Assembly: GCA_001002135.1 (NCBI GenBank)
Contig: LCLP01000001.1
Location: 78,108 to 142,107, forward strand
DNA: 64,000 nucleotides
Direction of reading: 5' to 3'
Origin: Candidatus Pacebacteria bacterium GW2011_GWA1_46_10
Lineage (GTDB): Bacteria; Patescibacteriota; Microgenomatia; UBA1400; PJMF01
Made by a program: the position numbers and the translations under genes. The notes beneath the pieces are model-generated. The model ran no database searches. It was not told where the DNA came from and worked only from the letters and a program-made list of their open reading frames with translations. Below are positions 19,422-27,149 of the stretch, in pieces. Every line of letters begins with the position of its first letter. Within the stretch, counting starts at the first letter, position 1.

Positions 19422-20072
19422 ATGGAATTTGATCGGTTAGTAGTTTCGTTTTTCGTCGATGAAGTGGTCGGCGGCTTTTTTATTTCTGTGCCGCCTGGAC
19501 ATGTGGCCTGCGTTTATGATCGCGGCCGCGGTGTGCTGGACCGTGTTTGGGGGCCTGGACTTCACCTAAAGATTCCGTTTTGGCAGGTCGCTAAGCTTTT
19601 TAACGCTCAAGTGCTTGAGTACTCGATCGATAAACACTTTGATCTGACTGCCAATAAAGAAGCACTCGGTGATCAGCCAGTCTTGACCTCGACTAAGGAT
19701 GGAAAAGATGTCTCAATTGAAGGTTCAGTGCTCTTTCGGATTGATCGCGAAAACGCTCCGGAACTTTGGGAAAACATCGGTGAAAACGTGGTTTCTAAGG
19801 TGGTACGACCATTTTCCAGAAGTCGTATTTCCTCAGTTATTAGCGAATATAGCCTGGATGAAATCAAAAACAATCGTTCTCAAGTGGAGGCGATTATTCG
19901 CGATGATCTGAATAAGCATTTCAGCGATCGCGGTCTTAATTGCGAAGGTTTCTTACTCTCAGAAGTAAGAGTCAAGACTGCGGCTGGTGGTGAGAAAACC
20001 GTGATCAGCGCTGACAAACCAATGGGAGAGCAGTCAGCTGAACAAACCTCGGTGGAGGTTTCCCAAGAGTAA
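19422..20072 (+). CDS. SPFH/Band-7 (prohibitin/HflC-like) domain protein
   Basis: N-terminal hydrophobic segment, then an SPFH-like core (GLHLKIPFWQVAKLFNAQVLEYS...VSIEGSVLFRID). Confidence 0.55.
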   Translation: MEFDRLVVSFFVDEVVGGFFISVPPGHVACVYDRGRGVLDRVWGPGLHLKIPFWQVAKLFNAQVLEYSIDKHFDLTANKEALGDQPVLTSTKDGKDVSIEGSVLFRIDRENAPELWENIGENVVSKVVRPFSRSRISSVISEYSLDEIKNNRSQVEAIIRDDLNKHFSDRGLNCEGFLLSEVRVKTAAGGEKTVISADKPMGEQSAEQTSVEVSQE

Positions 20073-20094
20073 GTGTGATCACTTTTTGCTTGAC

Positions 20095-20142
20095 TTGACA
20101 GATTTTTGGGTCTTAGTTATCATCACGATTAAAGTAGTGCTA
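20095..20142 (+). promoter_or_regulatory. Sigma70-like promoter TTGACA-17-TATCAT for groES-groEL, with an overlapping degenerate CIRCE-like element
   Basis: -35 TTGACA at 20095-20100. A 17-nt spacer. -10 TATCAT at 20118-20123. Downstream is TTATCATCA-N9-TAGTGCTAG. The 11-mer AGTGCTAGCAA is the reverse complement of TTGCTAGCACT found upstream of hrcA. Confidence 0.5.
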
Positions 20143-20196
20143 GCAAACACTGACTTCGTTTGCTATTTACAAGGCAACAGTAGATAAAGGAATATT

Positions 20197-20592
20197 ATGA
20201 AAAATCTGACAGTTTCTCAATTACAACCAATGGCTGGGTATGTGTTAATTGAACCCGCTCAAGCCGAAACAAAAACTGCTTCCGGTATCATCCTCCCAGA
20301 ATCTGACAGTGAAAAACCCCAATACGGGACTGTGTTGGCTGTCGGTGAAGGAGAGTGTGATGACTGTGAATGTGGTTGTGGTGGTTGTGGTTGTGGTTGG
20401 GAAGAGGAGCATGGTAAAGGTGAGAAAACTCACTCTCACTCCCATGATCAGTGTGATGGTGAGCCGCCGGTGAAGGTTGGTGACCAGGTGATTTACAAAA
20501 AATGGGGCGGGAATGAAGTACTGATTGACGACGTGGAATATCAGTTCCTTAAGTTTGAGGATATTTTGGCAATTATCGGTAATAAAAAATAA
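20197..20592 (+). CDS. groES: Co-chaperonin GroES carrying a roughly 36-aa Cys/His-rich insertion in the roof-hairpin position
   Basis: GroES core: mobile loop ...TASGIILPES..., VLAVGEG, VKVGDQVIYKKWGGNEVLIDDVEYQFLKFEDILAII. The insert ECDDCECGCGGCGCGWEEEHGKGEKTHSHSHDQCDGE at 20353-20466 is encoded by TGTGGT-type hexamer repeats. Confidence 0.85.
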   Translation: MKNLTVSQLQPMAGYVLIEPAQAETKTASGIILPESDSEKPQYGTVLAVGEGECDDCECGCGGCGCGWEEEHGKGEKTHSHSHDQCDGEPPVKVGDQVIYKKWGGNEVLIDDVEYQFLKFEDILAIIGNKK

Positions 20593-20684
20593 AAAAGTTA
20601 AAGCAAAAAATTAAAAGAAAGTAAAAAGTTGAAAGTCTTTCAACTTTGAATTTTTAACTATCAGCTAAAACAAGGAGGATTTTT

Positions 20685-22304
20685 ATGGCAGCAAAACAAC
20701 TTCTTTTCGGCGATGAGGCTCGACAAAAAATGCTGGCTGGGATTAATCAGCTGGCACAGGCAGTGGTCACTACCCTCGGTCCCAAGGGCCGTAATGTGGC
20801 ACTGGACAAATCGTGGGGTGCGCCGGCCGTCGTGCATGATGGCGTGACCGTCGCCAAGGAAATTGAATTGGAGGATAAGTTTGAGAACATGGGCGCCCAG
20901 CTAGTGCAAGAAGCGGCCTCTAAAACGAATGACGTGGCCGGTGATGGCACCACCACGGCGACACTGCTTGCTTGGAAATTAACCGACCGCGGCATGCAGC
21001 AAGTCAGTAACGGCGCTAACCCGATGATCATGAAACGGGGGATTGACCGTGCCGTCAAAGCGGTGGTCGACCAAATCAAGGCTGTGGCAAAGCCGGTTGA
21101 GGAAAGCGACTGGGAAAAAGTGGCCACCATTTCGGCCCAGAGTGAGGAAATCGGTAAAAAGATCGCTGAAGCGTTGCAGTTGGTTGGGAAAGATGGCGTG
21201 GTTGAAGTGGAAGAAGGCAAGACGATGGAAATCGAGATTCAACACAAAGAAGGAATGGAGTTTGATAAAGGCTATGCCTCGCCGTATTTTGTCACTGATT
21301 CGGAAAATATGGAGGCGGTGATTGAAGACCCAGCCATCTTGGTCACTGATCAAAAAATCTCTAATATTAAAGATATTTTGCCAATGCTTGAACAAGTAGT
21401 GAACGCCGGCAAGGGCTTGGTCATGATCGCTGATGACATTGAGGGTGAAGCGTTGACGACGCTAGTGGTGAACAAATTGCGTGGTTCTTTCAAAGTGCTG
21501 CCGGTCAAAGCCCCTGGCTTTGGTGATCGCCGCAAGGAAATGCTGCAAGATATCGCTGTTTTGACCGGGGCTGCTTATGTCAGCTCTGAAACCGGCAAGC
21601 AGTTTAAAGATGTGACGATGGAAGATCTAGGTGCGGCGGATAGTGTCAGAAGCACCAAAGATGCCACCCGGATTGTCGGCGGGAAGGGGAGTAAAAATGA
21701 CATCAATGCTCGGGTGGCTCAGATCGAAGCCCAGATTAAGGCCTCGACCTCCGAGTTTGATATTGAAAAACTCCAGGAGCGTAGAGCTCGGTTGACGGGT
21801 GGAGTGGCCGTGATTCAAGTTGGGGCCAATACCGAGCTGGAGATGAAGAATCTTCAGGAGCGGGTAAAGGATGCCAAAGAAGCGACGAAAGCCGCCATTG
21901 AAAGCGGGATTATTCCCGGCGGCGGTGTCACTTTACTGCAGGCTGAAAAGGCGATCGCCGCGCTGAAGTTGACCGGTAAAGATGAAAAAGCTGGGGCAGA
22001 TTTGGTGCGTTCCATCTTGGAGGAGCCGCTTCGGATGCTGGCTATCAACTCAGGTGAAGACGCCGATAAAGTGTTGAAAAAAGTCAGAGAGAAAAACGGC
22101 AAAACCTGGGGTTTTAATGCTTTGACTAACAATTTCGAGGACTTGGTGAAAGCTGGTGTTATTGAACCAGCCAAAGTGGCGATTGCCGCTATGGAAAACG
22201 CCGCTTCTGTGGCCTCGATGATTTTAACCACCGAGTGTTTGGTGACTGAGATCCCGAAAAAGGAAGAACCTGCTCCGGCGGCCGGTGGGATGCCGATGAT
22301 GTAA
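20685..22304 (+). CDS. groL: Chaperonin GroEL
   Basis: Canonical GroEL sequence (AAKQLLFGDEAR..., GDGTTTATLLA) and a C-terminal GGM-like tail AAGGMPMM. Confidence 0.95.
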   Translation: MAAKQLLFGDEARQKMLAGINQLAQAVVTTLGPKGRNVALDKSWGAPAVVHDGVTVAKEIELEDKFENMGAQLVQEAASKTNDVAGDGTTTATLLAWKLTDRGMQQVSNGANPMIMKRGIDRAVKAVVDQIKAVAKPVEESDWEKVATISAQSEEIGKKIAEALQLVGKDGVVEVEEGKTMEIEIQHKEGMEFDKGYASPYFVTDSENMEAVIEDPAILVTDQKISNIKDILPMLEQVVNAGKGLVMIADDIEGEALTTLVVNKLRGSFKVLPVKAPGFGDRRKEMLQDIAVLTGAAYVSSETGKQFKDVTMEDLGAADSVRSTKDATRIVGGKGSKNDINARVAQIEAQIKASTSEFDIEKLQERRARLTGGVAVIQVGANTELEMKNLQERVKDAKEATKAAIESGIIPGGGVTLLQAEKAIAALKLTGKDEKAGADLVRSILEEPLRMLAINSGEDADKVLKKVREKNGKTWGFNALTNNFEDLVKAGVIEPAKVAIAAMENAASVASMILTTECLVTEIPKKEEPAPAAGGMPMM

Positions 22305-22326
22305 CTTTAGTAAAGCTTAACAATGA

Positions 22327-22352
22327 AAAGCCCTGGAAACAGGGCTTTTTTA
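22327..22352. terminator. Rho-independent terminator, bidirectional between the convergent groEL and 22365-22931 genes
   Basis: AAGCCCTG-gaaa-CAGGGCTT followed by TTTTT. Confidence 0.7.
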
Positions 22353-22364
22353 CTATTTTTACTA

Positions 22365-22931
22365 TTATTTGACGTGAGTGGCTGGCAACCAACCTTGGCA
22401 ATCGCCTTGCTGGACCCAGTAAGCACCACCATTCTCGCTGGTGTTTAGGTAAGTCACTGACTGATGTGGGTCTAGGGAGCAATTACCGGGTTGTTGTTGG
22501 TACCAAAGAAAGTTGATACTCCAATTACTGGGGTTAATCACCACGGGCGAGTCTCCTCTTAGCGTAAGTTGTGCTCCCTTTTCATAATTTGGGGCGCAGG
22601 CGCTCAGTAATAAGGCGAGCAGAGCCAAAATGCTTAGCACTCGCCAAACTATTGGTTTTTTCTCGGTTGGTACTTGAGCGTATGCTGTTTCATCTCCGGC
22701 CAAAAACTTTTTGGCTACTGCTTGAATATTTTCCGGCAACTGATCCATCAACTTGTTGACTTGAGTGATAATCGTAGCGTTGGCGTTAAGGAGAAACTCT
22801 CTGATGTCTCCAATGGGAGAAAGATCAAACTCTGATTTTTCCGGCCGGTTTGACTCTTGGAGTTGATTGAGTGCCAAAGCGAAGGGGGAGGAATTGGTTG
22901 GTTGCTCAAGTGGTTGTTCTAAAGGTAGCAT
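22365..22931 (-). CDS. Hypothetical membrane-anchored protein with a Cys-containing extracytoplasmic C-terminal domain
   Basis: Central TM helix (VLSILALLALLLSA). Four Cys in the C-terminal part. No known motifs. Confidence 0.45.
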   Translation of the reverse strand: MLPLEQPLEQPTNSSPFALALNQLQESNRPEKSEFDLSPIGDIREFLLNANATIITQVNKLMDQLPENIQAVAKKFLAGDETAYAQVPTEKKPIVWRVLSILALLALLLSACAPNYEKGAQLTLRGDSPVVINPSNWSINFLWYQQQPGNCSLDPHQSVTYLNTSENGGAYWVQQGDCQGWLPATHVK

Positions 22932-22957
22932 GATGAAAATTGTAGCATCTTAAAGTG

Positions 22958-23030
22958 TAGCAAGGGTGAGATTTGAACTCACGACCTGCGGTTTATGAAT
23001 CCGCTGCTCTAACCACTGAGCTACCTTGCC
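22958..23030 (-). tRNA. tRNA with CAT anticodon (elongator Met, or tRNA-Ile2/lysidine)
   Basis: Reverse complement GGCAAGGTAGCTCAGTGGTTAGAGCAGCGGATTCATAAACCGCAGGTCGTGAGTTCAAATCTCACCCTTGCTA. It has a cloverleaf with the GTTCAAATC T-loop and CAT at positions 34-36. Coordinates are approximate to a few nt. Confidence 0.75.
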
Positions 23031-23104
23031 GCCGAATGGTCAATTATACCAACCACCAGATACTTTGACGAGAACTCCAGACAAGGCTATAATAACCGAT
23101 CTGA

Positions 23105-23173
23105 CGCGGGATAGTGTACGGTGCACGTGAGGCTCATAATCTCGCAGGCTGGGTTCGACTCCCAGTCCCGCAA
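23105..23173 (+). tRNA. Initiator-like tRNA-fMet (CAT) with a C1:A72 mismatch
   Basis: CGCGGGA...CTCATAA...GGGTTCGACTCCCAGTCCCGCAA. The 5' CGCGGG / 3' CCCGCA gives C1 opposite A72, as in bacterial initiator tRNA. The anticodon loop is CTCATAA. The D-arm is short. Coordinates are approximate. Confidence 0.65.
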
Positions 23174-23175
23174 CA

Positions 23176-23526
23176 TTAAAACAAAATTTTTCGCCACTCT
23201 TCCCAAGGAGTTTGCTCCTGAACCTCCCCCGACTGTTGTTCGATGATCACTTCATCGGGGATTTGAATGACATACTCGCCGGGTTTTTGCAGTAGCAGTT
23301 CATTGCGCAAAATTTTCTCTTTGCTCAAATCAGAGTTGGCAGATTCTAGTGCCGCTTCTTCCTGTTCGATTTGGTCGATGAGCAGTTGGTTGCTTTCCTC
23401 AAGTAATCGCACGTTTTGCGTGGCGACGTTACTTTTCTGAGCGGTTTTTTGTAAGGAAATAATAAAGAAAATGACGAAGACAGTAATGCCGAGGATAACG
23501 AGTGGGTGGGTGAACAGTTTCTTCAT
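23176..23526 (-). CDS. FtsB/DivIC-like septum-formation initiator (TM plus coiled coil)
   Basis: N-terminal TM helix, a coiled coil, and the LLLQKPGEYVIQ motif typical of the FtsB/DivIC family. Confidence 0.5.
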   Translation of the reverse strand: MKKLFTHPLVILGITVFVIFFIISLQKTAQKSNVATQNVRLLEESNQLLIDQIEQEEAALESANSDLSKEKILRNELLLQKPGEYVIQIPDEVIIEQQSGEVQEQTPWEEWRKILF

Positions 23527-23637
23527 TCTGAAAAATATTGCCTAAAAGCCTGCATCGTGATATTATAGGGCATCTTAAATCGCTTTTGATTAGTACTGCC
23601 CCAATCATAGCACTGCCAAAGAAGGAAAAGAAAAGTT

Positions 23638-24507
23638 ATGCAACACGCCGTTTTGGTTGACTCTCATGCCAAGTTTGAGCAGTTTTTACGTGAGAGTGGC
23701 AAGGCTAGCGCGACGGTCATTGCCTATAGCAAAGATATTGAGCAGCTGATCGAATTTGTCGGCGAAAAGGGGAAAACCCTCGTCGCTGAAGTGACGGCTG
23801 ATGATATTGATGAATTTAAAAACATCCTCAAACAGCGACGCTACACCAGCAAATCGATTTCCAGAAAGATCAATTCGATCAAAGCTTTCTTCCGCTATTT
23901 GATTGGTGAAGATGTAGTGGAAAGCAACCCGGCCGAGTCGATTGCTCACCCGAAAATCGAGCAGACTCCACCTCGGGTGCTGACACGATTGGAGTATCGA
24001 GCCTTACGTGATGCTTGCCGTGGTGATGAGCGCTTGTTTGCCATTGTTGAACTGTTGCTCCAGACTGGCATGCGCATCAGCGAATTGGCGTCACTGCAGA
24101 TGGATGATGTCGATTTAGACCGCGGGATTATGGTGATTCAAGCCCAGAACTCTCGTGATGAGCGCAAAGTACCCCTTAACAAAGCGGCCAAAAAATCACT
24201 GATGGATTATTTAAAGATTCGGCCAAGAGCGAGAGAGAAAACAGTGTTTTTGACTAAAACCTCTCGACCGTTTCTGGTCCGCAACATCAGAACCGCCATT
24301 GATCGTTATTTCCGGCTCGCCGGCATTAAAGACGCTAAGGTCAACGATTTACGCCACACCTTTATTGTGGAACAGCTTAAGGCTGGCACGCCGTTGGTGT
24401 ATGTCTCACAGTTAGTCGGTCATAAACGGATTACGACTACTGAGAAGTACTTAAACCTCATTGATGCACCAGATATGAACCCAAATGTGCAGATTGAGGA
24501 GTTGTAA
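23638..24507 (+). CDS. Tyrosine site-specific recombinase (XerC/XerD-like)
   Basis: N-terminal SAM-like core-binding domain. Catalytic residues: GMRISEL (Arg), DLRHTF (His-x-x-Arg) and GHKRITTTEKY (His and the Tyr nucleophile). Confidence 0.8.
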   Translation: MQHAVLVDSHAKFEQFLRESGKASATVIAYSKDIEQLIEFVGEKGKTLVAEVTADDIDEFKNILKQRRYTSKSISRKINSIKAFFRYLIGEDVVESNPAESIAHPKIEQTPPRVLTRLEYRALRDACRGDERLFAIVELLLQTGMRISELASLQMDDVDLDRGIMVIQAQNSRDERKVPLNKAAKKSLMDYLKIRPRAREKTVFLTKTSRPFLVRNIRTAIDRYFRLAGIKDAKVNDLRHTFIVEQLKAGTPLVYVSQLVGHKRITTTEKYLNLIDAPDMNPNVQIEEL

Positions 24508-24522
24508 GTATAATGGTTTCAA

Positions 24523-24807
24523 ATGTTGTTTAATAAACTAAAGGAATTTATAGGTGGAGGGAGTAACTTCTCTCCTGAGAAAGAGACTCCGATCTCGGAA
24601 TATGCTGATGATCACCTCTTAGCACTCGCACTTGAGAGCGAAAACCTTAACCTAAGACTGCAAGCCTTAAAGGAATTGGGGCGGAGACAAAAACTAAAAC
24701 AGCGAGCTTTGAGGGTATTGGAGCGAACAAGGAAACGGGGTGAGGGCCAAGAGCGGGAGTACGAAGACGAAGAGATTGATCGAGACCATGACTATAATGT
24801 TGACTAA
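24523..24807 (+). CDS. Hypothetical small charged protein
   Basis: 94-aa ORF immediately after the recombinase, followed by a terminator. Low complexity, rich in E, R and K. Confidence 0.3.
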   Translation: MLFNKLKEFIGGGSNFSPEKETPISEYADDHLLALALESENLNLRLQALKELGRRQKLKQRALRVLERTRKRGEGQEREYEDEEIDRDHDYNVD

Positions 24808-24828
24808 TCCGAAACGATAATTTAAGCC

Positions 24829-24851
24829 AGCTCTCTTCGGAGAGCTTTTTT
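24829..24851 (+). terminator. Rho-independent terminator
   Basis: AGCTCTC-ttcg-GAGAGCT followed by TTTTTT. Confidence 0.7.
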
Positions 24852-24898
24852 GTATTTTTGCGGCTCACAAGGAGAGAAAAAACTATTAGTATAAGGAA

Positions 24899-25885
24899 GT
24901 GATGAAAAAACGAGTATTATCCGGCATTCGAGCGACCGGCACCTTGCACCTGGGGAATTACCTCGGTGCGGTCAAGGGTATGCTGGAATTGCAGGATAAT
25001 CCAGACTACGAAACACTCTACATGGTGGCAGATGTGCATACGCTGACCACCCCGTTTGACGTGGAAAAACTGCGGGCTAATCGTCGCGAAGTAGTGTTGG
25101 ACTACTTAGCCGCGGGCTTGGATCCGGAGAAAAGTGTCTTATTTTTCCAAGCCGATGTGCCTGAGCACACGGAGTTAGCGTTTTACTTATCTAGTGTGGT
25201 CAATATTGCTCGGATGCAACACTTACCGACGTTTAAAGATAAGGTAAAACAATACCCGCATCATGCCACGATGGCTTTGCTTAATTATCCGATCTTGATG
25301 GCGGCTGATATTTTGGCGTATAAAGCAGGTTTCGTACCGGTTGGTATTGATCAAGAACCCCATCTGGAAGTAGCCCGGGAAATTGCCCGGAAAATGAATG
25401 AGCAATATGGGATGGATTTTCCAGAACCGCAACGCTTTGCCACTGAAGGCGAATACGTTCCGTCGTTGACTGGGGAGGGAAAAATGAGTAAATCAGTGGC
25501 AGGCAGTTATATTAATTTAACCGACGGCCTTGACGCCATTCGTGATCACTTGGCTAGCGCGCCAACCGATAGCGGCCAGGGGAAGGTGGTCCCAGCCACC
25601 GGCGGGGTAGCCAACTTACTAACTTTGGTTGAGCTATTCCAAGGTGAGAGTCAACGAAAAGACTATGAAAAAATGTACCTTGGCGAAGGCATCCATTACC
25701 AAGAATTAAAAGAATCGCTGGCGCAAGCGATTTATAAAGAGCTGCAGCCAATTCAAGCCAAGCGAACCAAATTAGCCGCTGACCAAAAGTATGTTGACAA
25801 CGTTATCGCCGATGGCGCCAAACGTGCTCGTGCGCTGGCTCGCCAGACAGTTGATGAAGTAAAAGTAAAAATGGGTTTGGGATGA
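24899..25885 (+). CDS. trpS: Tryptophan--tRNA ligase
   Basis: Class I motifs: HIGH-like TLHLGNYLG and KMSKS. Size is typical for TrpS. Confidence 0.9.
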   Translation: MMKKRVLSGIRATGTLHLGNYLGAVKGMLELQDNPDYETLYMVADVHTLTTPFDVEKLRANRREVVLDYLAAGLDPEKSVLFFQADVPEHTELAFYLSSVVNIARMQHLPTFKDKVKQYPHHATMALLNYPILMAADILAYKAGFVPVGIDQEPHLEVAREIARKMNEQYGMDFPEPQRFATEGEYVPSLTGEGKMSKSVAGSYINLTDGLDAIRDHLASAPTDSGQGKVVPATGGVANLLTLVELFQGESQRKDYEKMYLGEGIHYQELKESLAQAIYKELQPIQAKRTKLAADQKYVDNVIADGAKRARALARQTVDEVKVKMGLG

Positions 25886-26217
25886 AACCAACGATTGAGT
25901 TTACCGATTTTGCCAAACTTGATCTGCGGATTGGTAAAGTGATGGCCGCTGTTGTGCCGGAATGGAGTGAAAAATTGATTCAGCTGACCGTTGACCTTGG
26001 CCCAGAAATCGGCGAGCGGACAATTTTGGCGGGCATTAAACAGTGGTATGAACCAGACGATTTGGTTGGAAATTGGTATGTCTTTGCGGTCAATTTAGCA
26101 GAGAAAAAAATGGGCGAAGGGGTCAGCCAAGGAATGTTGTTGGCCGCCGATGGAGCAGACCACCCGGTACCACTAACGATTAACGAACCGGTGGCCCCCG
26201 GCACCACTATTCGGTAA
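25882..26217 (+). CDS. csaA: tRNA-binding domain protein (CsaA/Trbp111/EMAP-like)
   Basis: FAKLDLRIGKV...ILAGIK...VNL motifs of the Myf/EMAP tRNA-binding fold. The ATGA start overlaps the trpS stop. Confidence 0.7.
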   Translation: MKPTIEFTDFAKLDLRIGKVMAAVVPEWSEKLIQLTVDLGPEIGERTILAGIKQWYEPDDLVGNWYVFAVNLAEKKMGEGVSQGMLLAADGADHPVPLTINEPVAPGTTIR

Positions 26218-26263
26218 AACTTCGCGTTTCATTTTGTAGTTGTTTAATTTATTCTGATCTTTA

Positions 26264-26590
26264 GTGAGTACACAAGAAACCGATGCCCGAAGAAGAGTAA
26301 AGGCTGTGATTGGTATTGTTAGCTCCTATACTCCTGACGAACTTTCCCAAGCGATTAGAGCGGCCGAACAAAGTAGGCAGGGAAAAAATGAGGCAGAAAG
26401 ATTTAAGCATTTTGGGATATATCTTTTGTTGAGGGGATTTACAGAGGCAGACTATGACATCTTTCAGGAACAAATGAACGGATATCATAGCCCCGTGCTT
26501 GATTTTTTTTGCGCCTATATTGCCCAGGGTTCTGCTATGTTGTTAGAAAGTGAAATGGCTGTCCGTTTGACAGCTCTGTCTACGGAATAA
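26264..26590 (+). CDS. Hypothetical protein
   Basis: 108-aa ORF with a GTG start. The antisense 75-aa ORF looks non-coding. No motifs. Confidence 0.35.
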   Translation: MSTQETDARRRVKAVIGIVSSYTPDELSQAIRAAEQSRQGKNEAERFKHFGIYLLLRGFTEADYDIFQEQMNGYHSPVLDFFCAYIAQGSAMLLESEMAVRLTALSTE

Positions 26591-26610
26591 GTCAACGGAA
26601 ATTACTTGTT

Positions 26611-27144
26611 GTGGAACGCCAGTCGGAAAAAAGCGAACAATTTTTCAGCATTTCAAAAACCATGCTGTACGCTCTTGGCGCGTATTTAATTTTAGAAATA
26701 TCACTGGGCGCTGCTAATGGAAAAGCAAGAAAAAAGGTTAAAAGGCGAGCTAATGGCAAATGTGAGGGGTGTGACCGCCAGCTGGAGAAAATAGGTTCTA
26801 GATGGCAGAGACACAATAAAGGGAAAGCGGTGAATGTAGTTGGTCATCTCAACCATGCTAATGACGAGCGCTACCATGATGCCGATAATCTCCGCCATTT
26901 TTGCCGCTTTTGTGAAGCACTCTATCACGCTAAGCATATTGGTCAAGCTCACTTAATTGGTTTGACAGAAATAGATAATTCGTCGGCAGCCATGGCGTGG
27001 TTTACTGTTTTGGTTCGGGAGTCGCCAAGAAAGGAGTTTATGGATTTTTATCGTGAGAATAAACCAGTTCTAGATACACTATTGGCTCAGTTTAAAAAAG
27101 ACTTAGAATCATTTACTGAGAAACACGCTTACTGGCGAAGGTAG
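26611..27144 (+). CDS. HNH-endonuclease-like protein with an N-terminal hydrophobic segment
   Basis: CEGC...GHLNHANDERYHDADNLRHFCRFCEALYH gives a CxxC...H-N-H...N...CxxC zinc-HNH layout. The segment MLYALGAYLILEISLGAA is TM-like. The likely start is the ATG at 26662. Confidence 0.5.
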   Translation: MERQSEKSEQFFSISKTMLYALGAYLILEISLGAANGKARKKVKRRANGKCEGCDRQLEKIGSRWQRHNKGKAVNVVGHLNHANDERYHDADNLRHFCRFCEALYHAKHIGQAHLIGLTEIDNSSAAMAWFTVLVRESPRKEFMDFYRENKPVLDTLLAQFKKDLESFTEKHAYWRR

Positions 27145-27149
27145 TCTAT

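Noticed and set aside
20370-20400. Tandem TGTGGT hexamer repeats, briefly considered as a CRISPR or other non-coding repeat
   Set aside because: They lie in frame inside groES and encode the Cys/Gly-rich insert. There are no spacers and no repeat-spacer periodicity, and no CRISPR array exists anywhere in the window.
22958-24507. tRNA-adjacent tyrosine recombinase as an integrated mobile element
   Set aside because: I found no direct repeat of either tRNA 3' end and no phage or plasmid cargo. The recombinase is flanked by core genes (ftsB-like, trpS) and has XerC/D-like features, so it is most likely the chromosomal dimer-resolution recombinase.
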